Positions 1 through 10,492 of a stretch of DNA of 64,000 bases are shown piece after piece. How positions within the stretch are numbered: the stretch's first letter is position 1; each line of letters begins with the position of its first letter. Under the pieces are notes generated by a model. It did no database searches and was not told the origin of the DNA. It saw only the letters and a program-made list of their open reading frames with translations. The translations under genes were made by a program, and so were the position numbers. This DNA is from an uncultured Spirochaetota bacterium (GTDB lineage Bacteria; Spirochaetota; Spirochaetia; SZUA-6; CAVTHK01), in the NCBI GenBank assembly GCA_963734495.1, contig CAVTHK010000001.1, positions 128,001 through 192,000 of the forward strand, in the 5' to 3' direction.

Positions 1-753
1 GATCTGACCGACACCGTCCGCAACCTCCTGAGCAATCGGCGCGCGGGCCTCGTCTCCAACTCGCGCCTCCGCGACACGGTGAACCGCCTCGTCGACGGGC
101 GCACGTTCGACGACCTCGCGATGGACCTTGCGGTGACCGCCACGGACGTGGAGGGGCGGAGGCGGGTCATCTTCACCTCGCGCCGCGCGGCGGCGCGGCT
201 GCGCGTTGCCGAGCTCCGCAAGCTCATCGCGCCTGCGGAGGACTCGAAGCCCGGCATAGAGACCATCGTGATCTCGGACCTCGACGACATCGGCGAGGCC
301 GTGCGCGCGAGCTGCGCGATTCCCGGGCTCTTCCAGCCCGTGCCGATCCGAGGGATGAGCCTGCTGGACGGCGGGCTCACCTCGCAGGTGCCGACGGACG
401 TGGTGCGAGCGCTCGGGGCCCGCGTCACGGTGGGCGTCAGCCTGGGCATGGCTTATCTGCCTGAACATGTCAAAACGGCCTCGTCGGCGGTGGCCGGGAT
501 GCTCGGCATGCTGGGCGTGCACCAGCTGCGCAGGAGCCTGGACCTCGCGGACCTCGGCTTCCAGATCGAAGGCATCGAGCACCGCAGCCTGCTCAAGGCC
601 CATCAGACCGACCTGGTCGAGCTCGGCGAGCGGGACATGTCGTCCCGGATGGGCGAGCTTCGCGCGCTCGTGCGTCGCGCCGCATCGCCGGCGCGTCGGG
701 AGCCGGCGCGTCGCATCGCCAGGGGACGCGGCAGGCCCGCGCCCCGCCGCTGA
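1..753 (+). CDS. Patatin-like phospholipase (5' end outside window)
   Basis: Frame open from base 1; AVRASCAIPGLFQPV and LLDGG patatin motifs. Confidence 0.85.
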   Translation, partial: DLTDTVRNLLSNRRAGLVSNSRLRDTVNRLVDGRTFDDLAMDLAVTATDVEGRRRVIFTSRRAAARLRVAELRKLIAPAEDSKPGIETIVISDLDDIGEAVRASCAIPGLFQPVPIRGMSLLDGGLTSQVPTDVVRALGARVTVGVSLGMAYLPEHVKTASSAVAGMLGMLGVHQLRRSLDLADLGFQIEGIEHRSLLKAHQTDLVELGERDMSSRMGELRALVRRAASPARREPARRIARGRGRPAPRR

Positions 754-831
754 TCCGCAGGTAACCCCCGGCACAACTCCTCACGGCGGCGGCGCCGCGG
801 CTCCTCGCCGCCCGCCGCGGGTTGAGCTTCT

Positions 832-860
832 TTGACGAGAGGTGCACCCGGGGGTACACT
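832..860 (+). promoter_or_regulatory. Sigma70-type promoter for the SBP gene at 1052
   Basis: TTGACG-17 nt-TACACT. Confidence 0.65.
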
Positions 861-1051
861 GTCGGGGCAACAAAGGGGGCGCCGCCTGCGACCGCGACGG
901 CGCACGGCGGCTCGGAAGCCGCGTTGAGGGGCAGACACCGGGCTGCGGCGCGATGCGCTGCGACTGCGGCCTTGATGGGACCGAGCGGGAGATACGTCCC
1001 GAGAGATCGCCGACGTTGTCGGCCAACCGTACAAACAGGAGGTCACAATCG

Positions 1052-2701
1052 ATGAAGAAACTATGTGTCGCGACTCTCGTCCTGTTGCTGATGGCATCAG
1101 GAGGGCTGCTGTGGGCCACGGCCCAGCAGGAAAAGCCGGCGGCAACAGCCGGCGAGAAGCCCGCGGGCAAGGGGGCGAGCTGGATCGCCGATGGGCTCGA
1201 GCTCACGTACTGGACGCAGATGGATGCGAGGACTGCCGCCACTCGCGCCAGCCACAACGAGGTGCCTGCCTACCAGGAGGCCGAGAAGCTCACAGGCATC
1301 AAGGTCAAGTTCATTCACCCCGCTTCGGCAACGGCGAATGAGCAGTTCAACCTGATGCTGGCCTCCGGCGACCTGCCCGACATGATCCAGTGGAGCTGGC
1401 TCACGATCCCCGGAGGCCCGGAAAAGGCGATCGTCGACAAGGTCATCCTCAGGCTCAACGACCTGGTCAAGGCCAACGGGCCCGCGATCGGCGCGTTCCT
1501 GAACAACCGCCCCGACATCGGCAAGAAGATCGTCACTGACCAGGGCAGCATGTACGTCGTGCCCTTCCTCCGGCCCTGGATCAAGGACGTTTCGGAGAAG
1601 TGGCAGGGCTACTCGACGAGCGCCCACTTCCGCAAGGACTGGCTCGACGAAATGAGCCTCCCGATGCCCAAGACCATCGAGGACTGGGAGAAGACTCTCA
1701 CGGCATTCAAGGGCCGCGGTCCGAACATCATCCCGATGGCTTCGCTCCCGTCCGGCAGCCTCGGCGGGATCGACGGCCTGCGCTGGATGCTCGGCGCCTG
1801 GGGGCTGGACTACAGCGTCTACGTGGTCGACGGCAAAGTGCGCGACGGCTCGGTGCAGCCGGAGTTCAAGGAATGGCTCACGCTCATGAACCGGTGGTAC
1901 AAGAACGGGCTCCTCGACCAGGACTGGATCAGCCGCAAGTACGAGCAGGTGCGGGGTCTCGTGGTCGAAGGCCGGGTCGGCGTGTACTGGGGCCTCCTCA
2001 ACCGCGACATGGGCGGCTTTACCCCGCTCGGCAAGAAGGGCAACCCCAAGTTCAGCCTGATGGCCGCGCCGTGGCCCTATGGCAAGGACGGAAAGAGCTA
2101 CAGCTTCGACACCAGCGGCGCCAACGACTACCCTGGTACGGGGGCCGCGGTCACGACCAGCAGCAAGCACCCGGTCGAGAGCGTCAAGTGGCTGAACTTC
2201 TGGTGGACGGAGACCGGGCACAACCTGGCCAACTTCGGCATCGAGGGACTCACCTACAACTGGGTCAACGGCTACCCCAAGTACACGGACCTCATCATGA
2301 AGAACCCGGACGGGCTGTCGGTGGTGAACGCGCTCTCGAAGTACGCGCCTGACGGAGGCGGCGGACGCGCCTGGAGGCAGGACTCGCGCTATTGGGAGCA
2401 GATGATGGCGATCCCGGCGCAGTACGAATCCGGCAAGATGCTCGTCGCCACCGGGGACATGTCGCGCGTCATGCCGGCGGTCTCACCGACGGGCGATGAG
2501 TCGCGCGAGCTCGCCCAGATCCTGAACCACGTCAGCACGTACCGCGACGAGATGGTGGCCAAGTTCATCGTGGGCACCGAGCCGCTCACGAAGTTCGACG
2601 AGTTCGTGACGCGCATCAACGGCATGGGCATGCCGCGCGCCATCGCGATCCAGCAGGCTGCGCTGGACAGGTTCCAGAATCGGCCGGTCCCCAGGTTCTA
2701 G
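1052..2701 (+). CDS. Carbohydrate ABC transporter solute-binding protein (LplA-like)
   Basis: AGGAGG RBS, ATG 1052, signal peptide; FNLMLASGDLPD, RKDWLDE, NFGIEG, KFIVGTEP motifs. Confidence 0.9.
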   Translation: MKKLCVATLVLLLMASGGLLWATAQQEKPAATAGEKPAGKGASWIADGLELTYWTQMDARTAATRASHNEVPAYQEAEKLTGIKVKFIHPASATANEQFNLMLASGDLPDMIQWSWLTIPGGPEKAIVDKVILRLNDLVKANGPAIGAFLNNRPDIGKKIVTDQGSMYVVPFLRPWIKDVSEKWQGYSTSAHFRKDWLDEMSLPMPKTIEDWEKTLTAFKGRGPNIIPMASLPSGSLGGIDGLRWMLGAWGLDYSVYVVDGKVRDGSVQPEFKEWLTLMNRWYKNGLLDQDWISRKYEQVRGLVVEGRVGVYWGLLNRDMGGFTPLGKKGNPKFSLMAAPWPYGKDGKSYSFDTSGANDYPGTGAAVTTSSKHPVESVKWLNFWWTETGHNLANFGIEGLTYNWVNGYPKYTDLIMKNPDGLSVVNALSKYAPDGGGGRAWRQDSRYWEQMMAIPAQYESGKMLVATGDMSRVMPAVSPTGDESRELAQILNHVSTYRDEMVAKFIVGTEPLTKFDEFVTRINGMGMPRAIAIQQAALDRFQNRPVPRF

Positions 2702-2721
2702 GGGCAGAAACGCCGGTTTGC

Positions 2722-2757
2722 AGAGGGGGCGCCGAGCGATCGGCGCCCCTTCTATTT
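2722..2757 (+). terminator. Intrinsic terminator hairpin
   Basis: 14-bp stem AGAGGGGGCGCCGA / TCGGCGCCCCTTCT, GCGA loop, then ATTT. Confidence 0.75.
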
Positions 2758-2794
2758 CACGACAGGATTGCGCGGCAAGACGGCGGGCTCCGCG

Positions 2795-2846
2795 AAAATA
2801 AGCGGAGGGGCGACGAATTCGCGCCGCCCCTCCTGTTTTTGTGTTT
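2795..2846. terminator. Bidirectional terminator between convergent genes
   Basis: GGAGGGGCG (2804-2812) / CGCCCCTCC (2825-2833) stem flanked by AAAATAA and TGTTTTT. Confidence 0.65.
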
Positions 2847-2857
2847 GGGGTCGAACT

Positions 2858-3740
2858 TTATTCCTTGAGCGCTCCGACCATGACGCCCTTCACGAAATAC
2901 TTCTGAAGGAAGGGGTACAGCGCCAGGATCGGCAGCGTCGCCACGACAATGACCGCGTACTTGACGGTGTCGCGCACCATCGCCTCGTCTCCGGTCGCGA
3001 CATTCTGCACCATGAACGTCGCGTCGTTCATGATGAGGATCTCGCGGAGCACGAGCTGCAGCGGGTACAGCTCGCGCCGCCTGAGGAAGATCATGGCGTT
3101 GAACCAGGCGTTCCAGTGCCCGACGCCGTAGTATAGCACGAGAACCGCGATCGTGGGCAAGGCCAGCGGGAAGTAGATGCGGAACAGCACGACCCAGTGG
3201 CTCGCGCCGTCGATCGTCGCCGACTCCTCCATGGCGTCGGGAACGGACATGAAGGCGGTGCGCATGATGATCATGTTGAAGGTGTTGACCGCCACGGGGA
3301 GGATCAGCGCGAGGAGCGAGTTGTCGATGCCGTAGCCGCGCACCGTCAGGTAGAACGGCACGAGACCCGCCGGAAAAGAACATCGTGAAGACGATGAAGA
3401 ACATGAAGAAGTTGCGCAGCGGGACGCCCTTGCGGGACAGGAAGTAGCCGCCGAGCGCGGTCAGCAGCACGTTCAGCAGCACGCCGCCGACGACCACGAT
3501 CAGCGTGTTGCCGTAGCCGCTGAGGATGTTGGGGTTCTGGAACACCATGCCGTAGGCGCCGACCTGGAAGCCGAGGGGCCGCAGCAGCGCCCCGGTGTGG
3601 GTGATGAGCTCCTGCGGCCTGCTGAGCGAGGCGAACAGCACGTAGAGCAGGGGGTAGGCGGTCAGCAGCGACAGGCCGATCATGAGCGCAATGTTGAGGA
3701 CGTTGAACACCGACTCGCCGGTCGTGCGACGTATGGTCAT
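2858..3740 (-). CDS. Carbohydrate ABC permease (LplC-like), one frameshift near 3370
   Basis: MTIRRTTGESVF...TMFFSGG joins LVPFYLTV...EESATIDGA...YPFLQKYFVKG; extra G in a G run. Confidence 0.88.
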
Positions 3741-3745
3741 GGGCC

Positions 3746-4682
3746 TCACCACAGGCTCTCGTCCCGCAGCCTCCGGGAGATCCAGTTGGCCGCGATCAGG
3801 AACGAGAAATTGATCACGGAGTTGAAAAGGCCCACCGCGGCGCTGAAGCTCCAGTCGAACTCCTGCAGCCCCTTGCGGTAGACGAACGAAGAGATCACGT
3901 CCGCGGTCTCGAAGATCGCCGGGTTGTAGAGGAGGATGATCTTCTCGAAGCCGACGTTCATGATGTGCCCGATCCTGAGGATCAGGATGATCACGGCCGT
4001 GGCGGCGATCCCGGGCAGGGTCACGTGCCAGGTCTGCGCGAGCGCGCGAGGCCCCGTCGATGCGGGCCGCCTCGTAGAGCTGCGGTGTCGATGCCCGACA
4101 GCGCGGCGAGGTAGATGATCGATCCCCAGCCGACCTCCTTCCAGATGTCCGAAACCACGTAGATCGGCACGAACAGCTTCGGCTTGGCGAGCATCGTCAC
4201 CGGCTGGACGCCCGTGATGCGCGGCGAGCAGCTGGCTGACGACCCCGCTGTCGGCCGTGAACTCGCGGATCAGCCCGCAGAAGACCACGAGCGACACGAA
4301 GTGCGGCATGTAGGTGATGCTCTGCACGCCGCGCGAGAACCAGCGCGAGCGCAGCTCGTTGATCAGCAGCGCCAGGATGATCGGCGCGGGAAAAGCGAAC
4401 AGCAGCGAGTTGAAGCTGATGACCAGCGTGTTGCGGAGCACGCGCCAGAAGTAGAAGCTCGTAAAGAAGTCGTTGAAGTGCGCGAGCCCCACCCACGGGC
4501 TGCCGAGCACGCCTTTGGCGGGCGAGAACTCCTTGAACGCGATGAGCGCGCCGTACATGGGCTTGTAGTGGAAGAGGACGTAGTAAACGAGCACGGGGAG
4601 GACCATGAGGTAGAGGTCCCGGTGCTTGAGAAACGCCCGCCCCCGCGGTCGGGAGCGGGCGGATTGCGCGTTCGGTGGCCAT
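3746..4682 (-). CDS. Carbohydrate ABC permease (LplB-like), several frameshifts
   Basis: LYLMVLPVLVYYVLFHYKPMYG, SPWVGL, TYMPHFVS, DVISSFVYRKGL, AAVGLFNSVIN; indels near 4640, 4220, 4085 and 4050. Confidence 0.85.
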
Positions 4683-4715
4683 GTCAGGCTCCGCTGGGGA
4701 GGCCGGCAGTCGCAC

Positions 4716-6298
4716 TTACTTGCGGGCGTTGTAGCGCTCGAGCGCGGCCTGCCAGATGGCCAGGGTCTTGTCGAGGCCGAGCTTGTTGATCTGGGCCACG
4801 TACTCGTCGAACTTCGAGATCGGCTCCGTGCCCATGATGAACTTGATCTGCATCTCGTCGGCGTAGGTGCGGATGTCGGTGATGCGTCTTGGCGAGCTGC
4901 GAGCTCTCCTGCGACGGTCGGCGTCACCGGGGGCAGGTTGAACTCCGGCTGCCTGTGCTTGCTCCAGTTCTTGTTGGCTTCCTTCTGCTCGGGCAGCTCG
5001 TAGTACTGCTCGAGGTAGCCGAGCATCTGGACGAACGGGCCGTTGGTGTGGCCGCGCAGGTAGTGCGACATGGCCAGCGTCGGGGCGAGCTTGTCCGGGT
5101 TCTTCATGACGAAGTCCGTGTAGGTCGGCACGCCGTTCACCATCGTGTAGCTCTTGCCTTCGATGCCGAAGTTGTAGAGCAGCATGCCTTCCTTGCTGTA
5201 GGCGTAGTCCAGGTAGCGGGCCGCGGCGGCCACGTTCTTGCTCTTGGCGCTGATCGCGCCGGTGGCGCCGTCGCCGTAGATGCTCTTGCGCGTGTAGTAC
5301 TTGGCCAGCTCGCCGCGCTTGATGGCCGGAACAGGGGCGCCGCTGACGCTCACCGAGGGATTCTTCTCCTTCATGACCTGCATGTAGCGGCCGATGTTCT
5401 GGCCCGCGGAACCCTGGGTGACGCCGCTCTTGCCGCCGGTGAAATTGGCCTCGACGGCCTTGCGGTCGGCCGTGGCGAAGTTCGAGTCCAGCAATCCCTG
5501 CTTGTACCAGCTGTTCATCGTGGCCAGGTAGTCCTTGAAGCCGGGCTGCACGATGCCGAGCTTGACCTTGCCGCCGTCGACGTAGTACTGGCCGTTGGCG
5601 TCGAAGGCCGGGGCGAAGCAGTTGACCAGCTGGTTGGTGAGCTCCCAGCTCGTCGACGAGATGAAGATCAGGGACAGCGGCGCGGTCGCGCCCTTCTTGT
5701 CCTTGAAGGCTTTGAGCGTGGTGTCCCAGTCCTCGATGACCTCGGGCATGGGCAGCTTGAGGTCGTTCAGCCAGTCCTTGCGGACGATGATCCCCGAGGT
5801 GTACAGCAGCGGGCTCGAGTTGTCCTCGCCGCGGAAGAACGGGAAGGAGTAGTACCAGCCTTCGTCGGTCTTGATCATCCGCGCCAGCTGCGGCTTGGCC
5901 GCGAGGTAGGCCTTGAGATACGGGGCCTGCTTCTCGATGACGTCGTTGAGCTTCATGATGTAGCCGTCGGCGATGGCCTTGGCCGGGCCGCCCGGCATGT
6001 CGTACCAGTTCCACTCGACGACGTCGGGGAGATCTCCCGAGGCGAGCAGGAGGTTGAAGGCTTCGCGGGCCTGTCCCACCGACGGGTGCGTGTAGGTGAC
6101 CGTGGTGTTGGTCCGCTTCTGCAGCTCCTTGGCGAACTCGGTCTCGCCCATGTTCTTGAAGATCTGGGCGAAGTTCTGGTGCAGATCCATCCACACCGTG
6201 ATGGCGGTCGGTCCGGTTGCCGCCGCCTCGGGCTGGCTTCCGGCCCAGACGGCGGCGCCGAGCGCTGCCGCGAGCAGACAGACGATGAGTCTCTTCAT
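4716..6298 (-). CDS. Carbohydrate ABC solute-binding protein, frameshifted near 4890-4910
   Basis: Signal peptide MKRLIVCLLAAALGAAVWAG; LLASGDLPD, RKDWLNDL, NFGIEG; C-terminus KFIMGTEPISKFDEY...RYNARK in another frame. Confidence 0.88.
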
Positions 6299-6325
6299 GG
6301 GATCCTCCGTTCAGCAGTTTGTGCC

Positions 6326-6382
6326 AGTGTCCCACGGGACTCGACCGCCGTAAACGGACAGTTTCTGCGCCCGGACGGACAG
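6326..6382 (-). promoter_or_regulatory. Promoter with AraC-type tandem sites
   Basis: TTTACG-17-GACACT; CTGTCCGT repeated with 21-bp period (6354-6361 and 6375-6382), abutting the -35. Confidence 0.6.
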
Positions 6383-6386
6383 AATC

Positions 6387-8783
6387 TTACTCGCGGTCCG
6401 GGCGGCGGCCCGGCCCGGAGGCAGCCAGGGAGGCCTTGTAGAGCCCGGGAGTCACCCCTTCGCGCTTCTTGAAGGTTCGGGTGAAGGTCTTCGAGCTCCC
6501 GTATCCGACCTCGCGGCAGATCTCCTCGATGGGGTCGTCCGGCATCTCGCGCATGAGCTCCTTGGCCCGCTCGATGCGGACCCGGTTGATGTGGTCCAGC
6601 AGCCCCTCGCCGGTCTCCTCGTGGAAGACGCGCGACAGCGTGATAGGGTTCATCTCCATCGAGCGGGCGAGCGCGCTGATGTCCAGCAGCGGGTCCGCGA
6701 ACCGGCGGGCCACCTCCTCGACGACGCGCTCCGACACCCGGCGGGCGCCCTCGCGGTGGCGGGCGCGGCTCCGGCGGGCCAGGGCCTCGCGCACCTCGGT
6801 GCAGCGGGCTTCCACCAGGGCGATCAGCTCGCGCTCGAGCTCCTGCGCGCTCTCGCAGGCCATCAGCCGCTCCACCGCGCCCGGGCCACCGCCGGCGGGA
6901 GCTTCGACGCTGCCGCTTCCGAGCTCCTGCATCGCCTTGATCATGGTGCTCACGAGATCGAACATGAGGCACCGCGCGGCCGCCGGCGACAGGACGCCGG
7001 GGGCGAAGCTGCGCGCGAACACGTCACGGATGATCGCCGCGGCGGACGAAGCGTCGCCGGTCCGCACGGCGTTGATGAGGCGCCGCTCGGTCTCGGGAGG
7101 GTAGCTGCTGCCGCCGCCGCGGACCTCGGTCACGTCCTCGAAATGGGAGATCCCCTCGATCCCGAGCAGCCGCTTGTACTCCATCGTCTGCAGCGCCTCC
7201 GACCAGGCCGTCGGGATCTCGGCCGTTCCCGCGTGGACGGCGCTCACCGCCGCCGTAAAGTGCACGCGCAACCGCTCTCCGAGCCGCGCGGCCGCGGTCG
7301 CGGCGACCGCGTCGATCTCCTCCCGCGCGCGGCCGGCCCGCGCCGGGTCCAGGCTCACGAGCACGGCGAGCAGCTCGTCCACGTCGACGGCGAAGCCCCG
7401 ATGGCTCCTCTCGGCGAGCAGCTCTTCGAAGGCCGCGGCCAGGATGAGCTGGACCTTCCTGTACTCCTCGTACGCGTCGCGGCTCCCCGCTTCGCCGGCA
7501 AAGACTTCTTCGTAGTCGACGACGTAGAGCGCGAGGACGACGAGCGAGTCGCCGGCGAAGCGGATGCCGTGGAGGTACAGCCGGTCGGAGAGCGTGTCGC
7601 CCGGCGGCAGGCCGCCCTTGAGCAGCCGGCGCAACAGGTTCTCGCGCAGCGTCCGGTCCTGCTGCGCGACGACGATGCCGTACTTCTCGCGCTCCTCCTC
7701 GGCCTGCGCCATGGCGCGCCGGATGAACCCGAACTCGTTGTCGCCGTGGGCAAAGTCGCGCCCCTGGAAGCGCTCCATCAGGGCGACGAGCTCGCCGACG
7801 GGATCGTAGTTGCGCTTGAGCGCGACGACGACGAGGAAGCCGCCGAGAAGCAGGCAGACGAGGGACCCCGCAACGGCGAGCCTGCGCGCGGCCTCGGCCT
7901 TGCGCCAGAACACTTCGCGCGGCACCGTCACGACGTACTTCCAGTCGGTGACCGTCGACACGATGCACGAGCCGATCACCGGGCCGCTGGCGCCGCGCTC
8001 GCGGATGAGCCCCTCCTGCTCCGGAAGATCCCGGTAACGGGGCGTGCGCCCCCGCGGCCTCCGCGCCGACGGACGCCGCGATCACGCGGTCGCCGCTGTC
8101 CAGCACGACGACGGTCGCGCCGTTGAGCGTCGCGATGTCGCGCGCGTCCTCGACGAACGAGCTCTTGCTGAGCGAGATGACCACGTTCGCGTCGGGATCC
8201 GCGGCGAACAGCGGCGTGGACTGCATGTAGACGATCGAGCCGCGGTCCGCGGCCGGTTCGGGCTCGAGCAGGACAAAGTCGCCCTTGCGCGCCTGCGCGA
8301 TCTCGCGGTGCCACGACGTCAAAGGAGATGCCCCGCTCGCGCAGGTAGGTTGCATGGTAGGTCCGGGCGTCCACGAGCCCCGCCGGCGAAAGGATCGAGT
8401 CGATCCGCGGCAGGTAGATGTAGAGGTCCTCGATCGAGGCGTAGAGAGCGCGGTACGTCCGGAGGTCGCGGCTCATCTCGTATATGGCGTAGCCGCCCGG
8501 CGGCGGGGGCGTGAACCCGCGCGTCAGCGCCGCGAGCCGCGGGTTGAACGCGACCTCCTGGGTCAGCCGCCACGCCGTCTCGACCTGGGCGTCCATCCGC
8601 TCGCGGATGCGCTTGAGCACGATCAGGTGGGCGTCGGTGATCTCCCGCTCGAGGATCGCGGCGGTCCGCGCCTGCGTGAGAAAGGTGACGACGAGAGGGA
8701 CGGCGAGGATCAGCAGGTAGGAGAGGAGCCAGCCGAAGAGGATGCTCTTCCGACGCGCCGAGGAAGAAAGAGCCGATGCGCAC
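6387..8783 (-). CDS. Membrane-anchored AraC-family regulator (YesS/YtdP-like), frameshifted
   Basis: Three ORF pieces: TM1 (GWLLSYLLILAVP), extracytoplasmic domain, TM2, and a C-terminal AraC HTH (LSRVFHEETG...VGYGSSKTFTRTFKKREGVTPG). Confidence 0.85.
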
Positions 8784-8836
8784 ACGGGCACTATAGCACG
8801 GGCGGGACCGGCGGGACTTGAGCCCCGGCGCGCCCG

Positions 8837-9469
8837 CTATGCGCCCTCCGCGGCCTCGCGCATCGCCTCGAGGATCAGCTGCATGGACAGCGCGCCCGGG
8901 TCGGCGTGGCCGAGGGCGCGCGCGCCGAGGCTGCGCATCTTGCCCGCGCGCGGCATCATCTCGCGGGTCCGCTCGACGCCCCCGCGCGCGCCCTCGGCTG
9001 CAGCAGCCAGCGCGGCGCCGAGCGACCCGCCGCGCGCCTCGCCGGCCGCGAGGGCCGCGGGCGCGAGGGCGTCGATCATCGTCTTGTCGCCGGGCGCGGC
9101 CCCGCCGCGCTTCTCGACCGCGGCGAGCCCGGCCTGGAGCCACGCGGCGAGGGCCTCCGCGTCGAGGCGCTCGCGGCCCTCGAGCGCCGCGGCGCCGGCG
9201 CGGAAGAGCGTGCCGAACACCGCGCCCGCGGCGCCGCCCACCCCCGCCATCAGCGCCGAGCCGGTCACCTTGAAGGCGTCCGCCACCGAAGCCGGCGGCG
9301 CCGCCGCGAGCTTCGCCTGCGCCGCCTCGAAGCCGCGCGCCATGCCCACCCCGTGGTCGCCGTCGCCCATGCGGTCGGCCTCGGTGAGACGGTCGCGCGC
9401 CTCGACGATGCGGTCGGCGACGTGGAGCAGCAGGGCTACGGTCTCGGGCGTGCTCAGGCCCGGCATCAC
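8837..9469 (-). CDS. dhaL: Dihydroxyacetone kinase-family L subunit
   Basis: DRMGDGDHGVGMARGF, GDKTMIDAL, DPGA motifs. Confidence 0.92.
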   Translation of the reverse strand: MMPGLSTPETVALLLHVADRIVEARDRLTEADRMGDGDHGVGMARGFEAAQAKLAAAPPASVADAFKVTGSALMAGVGGAAGAVFGTLFRAGAAALEGRERLDAEALAAWLQAGLAAVEKRGGAAPGDKTMIDALAPAALAAGEARGGSLGAALAAAAEGARGGVERTREMMPRAGKMRSLGARALGHADPGALSMQLILEAMREAAEGA

Positions 9470-10488
9470 GGCCTCCTCGACGCGAGCTTCAAGCCAGGCC
9501 TCGAGGCAAGCCTGAAGGCCAGCGAATCCGCCTCCATGTCATAGAAGCGCGCGAGCTCCTCGTCGAGGCGGAGGAGCGTGATCGACGCGCCGGCCATCTC
9601 CTGGCAGGTGCAGTACTTTCCGATGACGGTGTCGTGCACGGCGATGCCTTCGCGGTCGAGGATCTGCCGCACGCGCCGGTTCATGATCAGCAGCTCCATG
9701 GCGGTGGTCGCGCCGAGGTCGTTGAGGAGGACCGCGACGCGGTCGCCGCGGCGGAACGGAAGATCCGCAAGGATGCGCGCCATCATGTCGTCGACGACGG
9801 GGTCGGCCGCGCGCAGCGGCCCGCGCGCCACGCCCGGCTCCCCGTGCAGCCCCATGCCGATCTCCATCTCTCCGTCGCCGAGCGTGAACGTGGGCTCGCC
9901 CGTCTCTGGGATCGACCCCGCGGCCAGCGCCACTCCCATCGTGCGCACGGCAGCCTCGGCCTTGCGGGTGACGCGCTCGACCTCGGCGAGGCTGCCGAGC
10001 GTGGAAGCGGCGGCACCCGCGATCTTGACGACAAAAAGAAGGCCGGCGATCCCGCGGCGCTGCTCGCGTTCCGCGATGGCCACGTCGTCGGCGATGCGGA
10101 CCGTGCGGACTTCGATCCCTTCGTCCGCGGCCATCTCCGCGCCCATGTCGAAGTTCATGACGTCGCCGGCGTAGTTGCCGTAGACGTAGAGCACCCCCGC
10201 GCCGCGGTGCACGGCCTTCGTCGCCTCCAGCACGGTCTCGGGCCCGGGGGCCGCGAACACGTTGCCGATGGCCGCGCCGTCGGCCATGTTCTCGCCCACC
10301 AGGCCGTGGTAGATCGGCTCGTGGCCGCTGCCGCCCCCGACCAGCAGCGCCACCTTGCCCTGCGGGATCGAGCGCCTGGCGATCGCGTTCACGCCCTCGA
10401 GGCGCATCACGCTGCCGCCATAGGCGGCCACCAGGCCGTCGATCATCTCGGTCACGACGTTGCGCGGGTCGTTGATCAGCTTCTTCAA
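9466..10488 (-). CDS. dhaK: Dihydroxyacetone kinase-family K subunit
   Basis: GGGSGHEP, NYAGDVMNF, GMGLHGEPG; GGAGG RBS and TTG start. Confidence 0.92.
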   Translation of the reverse strand: MKKLINDPRNVVTEMIDGLVAAYGGSVMRLEGVNAIARRSIPQGKVALLVGGGSGHEPIYHGLVGENMADGAAIGNVFAAPGPETVLEATKAVHRGAGVLYVYGNYAGDVMNFDMGAEMAADEGIEVRTVRIADDVAIAEREQRRGIAGLLFVVKIAGAAASTLGSLAEVERVTRKAEAAVRTMGVALAAGSIPETGEPTFTLGDGEMEIGMGLHGEPGVARGPLRAADPVVDDMMARILADLPFRRGDRVAVLLNDLGATTAMELLIMNRRVRQILDREGIAVHDTVIGKYCTCQEMAGASITLLRLDEELARFYDMEADSLAFRLASRPGLKLASRRP

Positions 10489-10492
10489 GCGT

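Noticed and set aside
3746-6298. Apparent 850-aa SBP-permease fusion
   Set aside because: Produced by frameshifts; the true SBP C-terminus and stop (4716) and a separate permease ATG (4682) lie in other frames
6315-6335. Sigma54 promoter (TGGCAC)
   Set aside because: GG-to-GC spacing is 8 nt, not the required 10
3361-8791. Programmed frameshifting or phase variation
   Set aside because: No slippery heptamers or long simple repeats at the shift sites; the pattern fits sequencing indels
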